Position numbers and translations under genes: made by a program. Of a stretch of DNA of 32,000 bases, positions 26,363-32,000 are shown one piece after another (within the stretch, counting starts at the first letter, position 1; each line of letters starts with the position of its first letter). Below the pieces are notes generated by a model. It searched no databases and was not told where the DNA came from. It was given only the letters and a program-made list of their open reading frames with translations. The stretch is from Gemmata obscuriglobus (GTDB lineage Bacteria > Planctomycetota > Planctomycetia > Gemmatales > Gemmataceae), in NCBI RefSeq assembly GCF_008065095.1, contig NZ_CP042911.1, positions 2,010,001-2,042,000 on the forward strand, given 5' to 3'.

Positions 26363-26842
26363 ATGCTGCCCGTTGTGAACTGTAACCGCTGTGGTCAGTC
26401 TGTGGCTGTCGGCTCCGACACCCGGTACGTCACCTGTGCCCACTGCCGCACGCCGCTGGTGGTGATCCGGACCGACTCGTCGGCGTTTACCGACGTTGCC
26501 GCCCGCCAAAAAGAGCTGGAGCGCGTCGACAGCGAGTGGGAGGAGGAGAAACGGCGCGAGCACAGCTCCAGGGACAAGAACGGCAACTGGCGCACGCCGG
26601 ACGAGTTTCTTGAACCCGCCATCGGGTCTGGGATTTTGGTCGTATTCACGTTTTTTGCGTTATTCGTGATGATGTTGAGGGATCGGAGGTACGAGGGCCT
26701 TCCGGTGCTCGTACTCCTCGTGGTACCGTTCGGCCTGATGATTGCCGATGCGGTCAGAAAGGCACGGCGATACTGGCGAGCCGAAAGCCGTTATCGCGCG
26801 CGGCGGACGGCGATCGAACACCGCCCGCCTGACGTCTGGTGA
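26363..26842 (+). CDS. Membrane protein with N-terminal zinc ribbon
   Basis: 159 aa. CNRCGQ...CAHCRT (CxxC-x17-CxxC). Two TM helices (GILVVFTFFALFVMML, VLVLLVVPFGLMIADAV). GAGGGGG lies upstream of the ATG. Confidence 0.7.
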   Translation: MLPVVNCNRCGQSVAVGSDTRYVTCAHCRTPLVVIRTDSSAFTDVAARQKELERVDSEWEEEKRREHSSRDKNGNWRTPDEFLEPAIGSGILVVFTFFALFVMMLRDRRYEGLPVLVLLVVPFGLMIADAVRKARRYWRAESRYRARRTAIEHRPPDVW

Positions 26843-26858
26843 CCGGGTGAGCTGAACG

Positions 26859-28688
26859 TCACTTGCTGTCGCGCTGGGGTTGGAGCCGGAGCGGCGCCTT
26901 TCTCTCGTACAGCTTTAACCGCTCATGCACGGTGAGGTCGTGTGCTTTCGCGTACCCCGTGTCGAGCTGCACCATCTTTTGGGTTCGGATCGCGTACTCG
27001 AACTCGCCGGCTTCGGCGCAGGCCGCGGCGTACGCTTCCAGGGCCAACCCGCTCCGCCAGTGGGTCGCCTCGCAGGCCGCTTTGGCGTCTTCCAGCGCTT
27101 TCGTCGCGTCGCGCAGTGCGGCGTCCCCGGCCGCGGCCCGGAGCAGCCCCCGATTCGCCAGAGCGGTTGCGTGCTTCGGGTCGAGGCGGAGCGCTTCGTC
27201 GAAGTCCCCCAGCGCGGCGCCCCAAGCCCCCATTACGAACCGCACGGCGCCGCGGTCGTTAAAGGCCCACACGAACGTGGGGTCGAGTCGGATCGATTCC
27301 GTCAGGTCCTTGATCGCCCGGTCGTAGTCGCGCATCGCGAGGTGGACGCTTCCCCGGGCGTAAAAGATGCGGGCGTTGTTCGGATCGAGCCGGGCGGCCG
27401 CGTCGTAGTCCGTTAAGGCCTTATCGAACTCCCCCTGCGCGTGCCAGCGGGCTCCGCGCTCGAAGAGGAGCGCCGCACCGTTCGGAGCGGTCGGTGACTG
27501 AAACCGGTACGGCTTTCCGGCCTCATACAGCGCGAGCCGCGCTCTGGCCACGGCCCCTGCGGGGCCGTCGTAGCCCGGGTGCTTGAGAGCCTTATTTTGC
27601 CACTTCACGGCGTCGGGGAAGTCGCCGGATTCGGCGGCCGCGGCCGCCCGCGCCTCGATCGCGGCCGGGTTCTTCCAGCCCGACAGCTCGCCGGCCCGGT
27701 CCGCGTCCTTGATCGCTTGAGCCGGGTCACGATGTTTGGCTTCAGGGCAACTCGCGAGAACCCATGCGCGGTTCAGGAACGCGAAGCGGTGGTTCGGATC
27801 GAGGAGAATGACCTCCGTCAGGTCCCGGAGCGCGGCGTCCCAGTTCGAGCGGGCCAAGTGAACGGAACTCCGGTGGACGCGCGCGTCCGGGTTTCGGGGG
27901 GCCGACCGTACCGCCTGGTCGGCGTCCTTGAGCGCTTCATCGAGTTCGGACCGTAACATTCGGCACGTACTTCGGAACAGGAGGTATTCCGCCTTCTCGG
28001 GTGCGAGGCGAACGGCTTCGTCTAAATCTGTCAGCGTCGCGGCCCACCGTCCCTGGCGAAAGAGCAGGGCCGCCCGGTTGAAGAAAGCCAGCGACTGCTT
28101 CGGGTCGAGGCGGAGCGCTTCGTTGTAATCGGCGAGCGCCTTATCGAACTGCCCGGCTGTCGCGTGTGCCGTGCCGCGACCGACGAGTGCGTTCGTGTGC
28201 TTGGGGTCGAGGCGGAGCGCTTCGTTGTAATCGGCGAGCGCTTTGTCGAACTGTTTCACGTGTTCAAATGCCAGTGCGCGGTTGTAAAACGCCGGGGCGA
28301 AGTCCGGGGTCATTTCGATGAAATCGGTGAGATCCGCGATCGCTTTTTCGGGCCAGCCCAGGTGAGCGTAAGCCAGGCCGCGGTAGTACCGGGTGGTCGC
28401 GTTGTTCGGGTCGCGCTTGAGGGCTTCTGTCAGGTCGCTCAGCGCCGCCGCGTCGTTGCCGTTCGCCTGGTGGGCGGTTCCGCGTGCGCTGTATGCGGCG
28501 GCGCTGTCCGGATCGAGTTTGATGGCCCTGGTGTAATCCCGGATCGCGTCCTCGTATTTCCCGTTCGCGAAGGACTCGGCGCCCCGCTCCAGTAACTCGT
28601 GAACCGTGTCCGGTTCGGGGCCGGCGGTCGCGGGGGCCGCGACCGCGAAGAGCCAAACGGCAATCGCGATTCGGATACGCATGGGCAT
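26859..28688 (-). CDS. Secreted tetratricopeptide (TPR) repeat protein
   Basis: Start taken at MPMRIRIAIAVWLFAVAAPATAG (ATG 28688 or 28682; GAAGGA precedes it). More than 12 TPR-like units, e.g. AIRDYTRAIKLDPDSAAAYSARG and ALADYNEALRLDPKHTNALVGRG (the second is repeated almost verbatim). The 97 upstream codons of the track ORF are Arg/Pro-rich and probably not translated. Confidence 0.85.
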   Translation of the reverse strand: MPMRIRIAIAVWLFAVAAPATAGPEPDTVHELLERGAESFANGKYEDAIRDYTRAIKLDPDSAAAYSARGTAHQANGNDAAALSDLTEALKRDPNNATTRYYRGLAYAHLGWPEKAIADLTDFIEMTPDFAPAFYNRALAFEHVKQFDKALADYNEALRLDPKHTNALVGRGTAHATAGQFDKALADYNEALRLDPKQSLAFFNRAALLFRQGRWAATLTDLDEAVRLAPEKAEYLLFRSTCRMLRSELDEALKDADQAVRSAPRNPDARVHRSSVHLARSNWDAALRDLTEVILLDPNHRFAFLNRAWVLASCPEAKHRDPAQAIKDADRAGELSGWKNPAAIEARAAAAAESGDFPDAVKWQNKALKHPGYDGPAGAVARARLALYEAGKPYRFQSPTAPNGAALLFERGARWHAQGEFDKALTDYDAAARLDPNNARIFYARGSVHLAMRDYDRAIKDLTESIRLDPTFVWAFNDRGAVRFVMGAWGAALGDFDEALRLDPKHATALANRGLLRAAAGDAALRDATKALEDAKAACEATHWRSGLALEAYAAACAEAGEFEYAIRTQKMVQLDTGYAKAHDLTVHERLKLYERKAPLRLQPQRDSK

Positions 28689-28846
28689 TCCTTCGAATGT
28701 GGCGTGGGGTAGTTTAACCGCAACTCGCCTGATCTGCCAGCGGCCGTTCTCACGGACCCTTCGGTTGCTTCTTTCCGGCGGCGTATCAAACTGGACCGCG
28801 GCGGGGAGTAACGGGTGGGGCCGTTTTGTGACCAAGCGAGGACCAA

Positions 28847-30949
28847 GTGAACACCGTTCTTCAACTCCTCGACGCCGTGGCAGGGGCCGGCGCACGGACC
28901 GACGGCCAACTTCTGGATTCGTTCGCCCGCCGGCGCGACCAGGGGGCGTTCGCGGAACTCGTTCACCGGCACGGGGCAATGGTGCTGGGCGTGTGCCGGC
29001 GGGTGCTGGGAAACGCCGCCGACGCGGACGACGCGTTCCAGGCGGTGTTCCTGGTACTCGCCCGCAAGGCGGCTGCCGTGCGGGACCGCGAGCGGCTCGG
29101 GCCGTGGCTCCACGGGGTCGCGTTCAATGCCGCACGCCGGCTCAAGCGGTCGAACCTGCGGCGGACCGCCCGCGAGCGCGGCCGCGCGGGGCAACTCGAA
29201 CAGACTGCCGGGGCCGCCGACGAGCGCGCCGAGTTGCACGCGGCACTCGACGAGGAACTCGCGCGACTCCCGGACCGGTACCGCTCGGTGCTGGTGCTGT
29301 GCGATCTGGAAGGCCGCACGCGGAAAGAGGCCGCGCACGCCCTCGGGTGCCCGGAGGGGACCGTCGGCGGGCGCCTGGCCCGTGCCCGGGAACTGCTCGC
29401 GGCCCGGCTCGGCGCCCGCGGCGTGTGCCCGGCCCTCGGGGCGCTCGCCGGGGCGCTGGTGCCGGCCGGGGCGGGGGCCGTCGCCCCGGCGCTGGTTGCC
29501 GCACTGGTTCGCGCGGTGGGCGTCGACGAACTGGCGCGCGACGCGGCCCGCGGGCCGATCTCCTCGCACGTGTCCGAACTGGCCGAAGGGGTGGTGAGCA
29601 GCATGTTCGCGATCAAGCTTCAGAAAGTGACGGCCGCGGTGCTGTGCTGCGGCCTGGCGCTCGCGTGCGCGGCCGGCGGCGTCCGCCTCGCGAACGCCCA
29701 GCCGGAGCCGGAATTCACGCCCGTGCCGCTGCTGACGAAAGACCCCGCGCTGAAGAGATCGCGGCAGGAACTCGAAGAGCGAGCGAGAGAGTTGCAAGAC
29801 ACCCGGAAACGACAACAAGCACTCGAGGAGGTCGTTCCCGGTGTACCACGCCGCGCGGCCATTATACCTCTTCGGAAACTCGATTCCGGTGAAGTCGCCC
29901 CGATGCTCGCTAAATTTTTCGACCCGCGGCGCGTGACCATCGCGGCGCTGCCCGGCGACAAGTCGTTACTCGTCTACGCCGACGAGAAGACGCATGCGAA
30001 GATCCGGGAGTTACTCCTTCAGATGGGGGAGCCCGCGCCCCGGAACGTAACCGCGTTTCGGCTCAACAAGACGGCCGACCTAGCCGGCACCGTTAAAACG
30101 CTCGCTGCCGCGTTCGGCCCGGATCGTGCTGTTCTCGTCCCGGTTCCGGTTGAGCAGGTGCTCCTCGTTTACGCGAGCGAACCCGACACACAGACCGTGC
30201 AGAAACTCCTCGCGAATGTGCTGCTCCCTGAATCTGGCAGGTTGGACAATGTGTTCATGAAAACAGTAAGGCTGAAGAACATTCTTGCCGAGGACGCGTC
30301 GGCGGAGGTGCGGGCGCAGTTCGGCAGGAGCGTTTCGGCGGTCGCGCTGCCGTCGAGCCGGCAACTGATGCTGTACGGGCCGGTAGACGTGGTCGAAGCC
30401 GCGCTCAAGGTTGTCACCGCGCTGGACGAGGGCGGGACGGCGAAGACGTTCGAAATGCAATTTCAGAAGGCCGCGTGGCCGGATGTGCTCGACTGGTACG
30501 CGAAGGTGTCTGGGCGAGTTATGAGCACGACCGTGAAGCCAACGGGGACGTTTACGTTTGCCGCTCCCAAACCGGGACAGCGGTACACACTCGCAGATGT
30601 CACAGACATCATTAACGAAGCTCTGATGCAGCAGAAGCTCCTGCTCGTCCCCTGGCACACGACGTTCTTCATCCTCAAGCCGTCCGACGAGAAACTCGAT
30701 TCGTTGATCGTGCCGTTGATCTCGCTGGAAGATTTGCCGCGGTTCGGGCGGACGGAACTGGTTCAGGTCATCGTTCCGGTTCCGAAGGGTGCGGCGGAGG
30801 AGTTGGTCCCAGCGGTCAAGAAGAGGCTTGGGCCGTTCGGGTCGGTTACAACTCTCCATCGGGCGGATGCGCTGGTGGTTCAGGATGTTGCGGAGAACGT
30901 CCGCGAGGTGTGCAAAATCTTCGGCGTGCCGACCGACCCGAAGCGGTAA
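28847..30949 (+). CDS. ECF sigma factor fused via a linker and one TM helix to a roughly 420-aa extracytoplasmic region built from secretin-N-like repeats
   Basis: 700 aa, GTG start. Sigma-2 (FAELVHRHGAMVLGVCRRVLGNAADADDAFQAVFLVLARK) and sigma-4 (LPDRYRSVLVLCDLEGRTRKEAAHALGCPEGTVGGRLARARELL). TM helix VTAAVLCCGLALACAAGGVRL at aa 261-281. Repeat units of about 58 aa at aa 338-395, 400-458, 469-527 and 638-692 share the pattern xxhxLKxxxAxxhxxxh...(10-15)...LLVYAxxxxxxxhxxLL. Confidence 0.85.
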   Translation: MNTVLQLLDAVAGAGARTDGQLLDSFARRRDQGAFAELVHRHGAMVLGVCRRVLGNAADADDAFQAVFLVLARKAAAVRDRERLGPWLHGVAFNAARRLKRSNLRRTARERGRAGQLEQTAGAADERAELHAALDEELARLPDRYRSVLVLCDLEGRTRKEAAHALGCPEGTVGGRLARARELLAARLGARGVCPALGALAGALVPAGAGAVAPALVAALVRAVGVDELARDAARGPISSHVSELAEGVVSSMFAIKLQKVTAAVLCCGLALACAAGGVRLANAQPEPEFTPVPLLTKDPALKRSRQELEERARELQDTRKRQQALEEVVPGVPRRAAIIPLRKLDSGEVAPMLAKFFDPRRVTIAALPGDKSLLVYADEKTHAKIRELLLQMGEPAPRNVTAFRLNKTADLAGTVKTLAAAFGPDRAVLVPVPVEQVLLVYASEPDTQTVQKLLANVLLPESGRLDNVFMKTVRLKNILAEDASAEVRAQFGRSVSAVALPSSRQLMLYGPVDVVEAALKVVTALDEGGTAKTFEMQFQKAAWPDVLDWYAKVSGRVMSTTVKPTGTFTFAAPKPGQRYTLADVTDIINEALMQQKLLLVPWHTTFFILKPSDEKLDSLIVPLISLEDLPRFGRTELVQVIVPVPKGAAEELVPAVKKRLGPFGSVTTLHRADALVVQDVAENVREVCKIFGVPTDPKR

Positions 30950-30980
30950 TTGCCGCCCGCCGTTCGTAAGCTGACTCCCG

Positions 30981-31787
30981 TTGCCGCCGCCCGGGAGTCG
31001 CATCGTGGACCTCACGTACTCCGATTATCTGCACGTCGAACCGCTCCTCTCCCTCCAGCACCCGCGGTCCGAGCCGGAGGAGCACGACGAACTGCTCTTC
31101 ATCGTCGTCCACCAAGCCTACGAGCTGTGGTTCAAGCTCCTGCTGCACGAACTCGACAAGGTCAAAGGCGACTTCGTCGCGGGGCGCACGTACCCCGCGA
31201 TCAGCACCTTCAAGCGGCTCCGCACCGTGCTGAAGGTGGCCGTCGAGCAGGTGGACATCGTCGAGACGCTCACGCCGATGTCGTTCAACAGCTTCCGCGA
31301 CCGGCTCGATAAGGCGTCGGGATTCCAGTCGGGCCAGTTCCGCGAGATGGAGTTCCTGCTCGGGTACAAGCGCGCCGACATGCTGAAGTACCAGCCGGAG
31401 GGCACGCCGGCGCACGCGCGCTTACAGGCCCGCCTCCGCGAGCCGTCGATCGTCGACGCGTTTTACACCTTCCTCGGGCACCACGGCGTTGCGGTTCCCG
31501 GGCACCTCACGGCCCGCGACCTCACCCAGCCGACGCAACCCGACCCGGAAATTGAAGAGGGGCTGTTCCGGCTCTACAAGAGCCAGCCCGATCTGGAGAT
31601 CCTGTTCGAGCTGATGACCGACTTCGACGAGGGGCTGCAGGAGTGGCGGTACCGGCACATCAAGCTGGTGGAGCGGACCATCGGGAGCAAACGCGGCACC
31701 GGCGGGTCGTTGGGCGTGGAGTTCTTGAAACGATCGTTGTTCCACCCGGTGTTCCCGGACCTGTGGGCGATCCGGCACCGGCTGTGA
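30981..31787 (+). CDS. kynA: Tryptophan 2,3-dioxygenase
   Basis: DLTYSDYLHVEPLLSLQHPRSEPEEHDELLFIVVHQAYELWFKLLLHELD and WRYRHIKLVERTIGSKRGTGGS are hallmark TDO blocks. The start is uncertain: TTG 30981 in the track, or in-frame GTG 31005. Confidence 0.9.
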   Translation: MPPPGSRIVDLTYSDYLHVEPLLSLQHPRSEPEEHDELLFIVVHQAYELWFKLLLHELDKVKGDFVAGRTYPAISTFKRLRTVLKVAVEQVDIVETLTPMSFNSFRDRLDKASGFQSGQFREMEFLLGYKRADMLKYQPEGTPAHARLQARLREPSIVDAFYTFLGHHGVAVPGHLTARDLTQPTQPDPEIEEGLFRLYKSQPDLEILFELMTDFDEGLQEWRYRHIKLVERTIGSKRGTGGSLGVEFLKRSLFHPVFPDLWAIRHRL

Positions 31788-31995
31788 AGAAGAGAAGAGG
31801 GTTCACCGCAGAGGGCACGAGAGGGCGCAGAGAGAGCCAAGAGAGTTAAACGGCTGTGAAGAAGAGAAGAGGGTTCACCGCAAAGGGCACGAGAGGGCGC
31901 AGAGAGAGCCAAGAGAGTTAAACTGTTCTCACCCTTTTGGGTTTCATCTCTGCGCCCTCATGCGCCCTCTGCGGTGAACCCTCTTCTCTTCTTCT
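31779..31995. repeat. Two 72-nt tandem direct repeats plus one inverted partial copy (GGTTCACCGCAGAGGGCACGAGAGGGCGCAGAGA family)
   Basis: 31779-31850 and 31851-31922 differ at one base. 31948-31995 is the reverse complement of gaagaagagaagagggttcaccgcagagggc[ac/gc][g/a][ag/tg]agggcgcagaga. The first unit includes the last two sense codons and the TGA of kynA. Confidence 0.88.
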
Positions 31996-32000
31996 GGTTC

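Noticed and set aside
28439-29818. 459-aa minus-strand ORF, and the 428-aa plus-strand ORF 28606..29892
   Set aside because: Both overlap the ECF-fusion or TPR genes in other frames and are extremely Arg/Gly/Pro-rich (RRRGRGRR...), with no motifs. These are GC-driven open frames.

Overview
High-GC (about 65%) bacterial chromosome segment, most likely from Planctomycetota (Gemmata-like). This guess rests on recognised families: DUF1559, DUF1501, a TIGR02996 'repeat-companion' N-terminus, several ECF sigma factors, and a 23S-5S rRNA unit with no linked 16S. I call about 30 protein genes, 2 tRNAs, 23S and 5S rRNA, one REP/RAYT unit and four other hairpin-repeat families. Gene map, left to right:
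- Minus strand: ECF sigma, anti-sigma, SelW-like selenoprotein, DUF1559 lipoprotein.
- Two mini-lipoproteins, then DUF1501.
- VTC plus DUF4956.
- Minus strand: PrpB-like, orphan ABC ATPase, Cys-rich protein, all joined by overlapping stop/start codons.
- tRNA-Ile, tRNA-Ala, 23S, 5S.
- Minus strand, fully overlapped operon: amidase, RluA, DUF4392, DUF1445.
- IS200-like RAYT flanked by inverted REP doublets.
- argC, TIGR02996/LRR protein, secreted protein.
- Zinc-ribbon/TM/caspase-like protein.
- NAD-IDH-like dehydrogenase.
- parD plus frameshifted parE.
- Zn-ribbon membrane protein, then TPR protein.
- ECF sigma fused through a TM helix to secretin-N-like repeats.
- kynA.

Most interesting observations:
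1. A SelW/Rdx-family gene with an in-frame TGA in a CxxU motif, which the ORF track cannot see.
2. The membrane-spanning ECF sigma fused to secretin-N-like repeats.
3. A split D-glutamate-cyclase-like pair inside a 4-gene overlapped operon.
4. The REPIN-RAYT unit, plus several unrelated, strongly T-depleted hairpin-repeat families placed at gene ends.
5. The 16S-less rRNA unit with two near-consensus promoters.

All functional calls come from motif recognition by eye. No database search was run.
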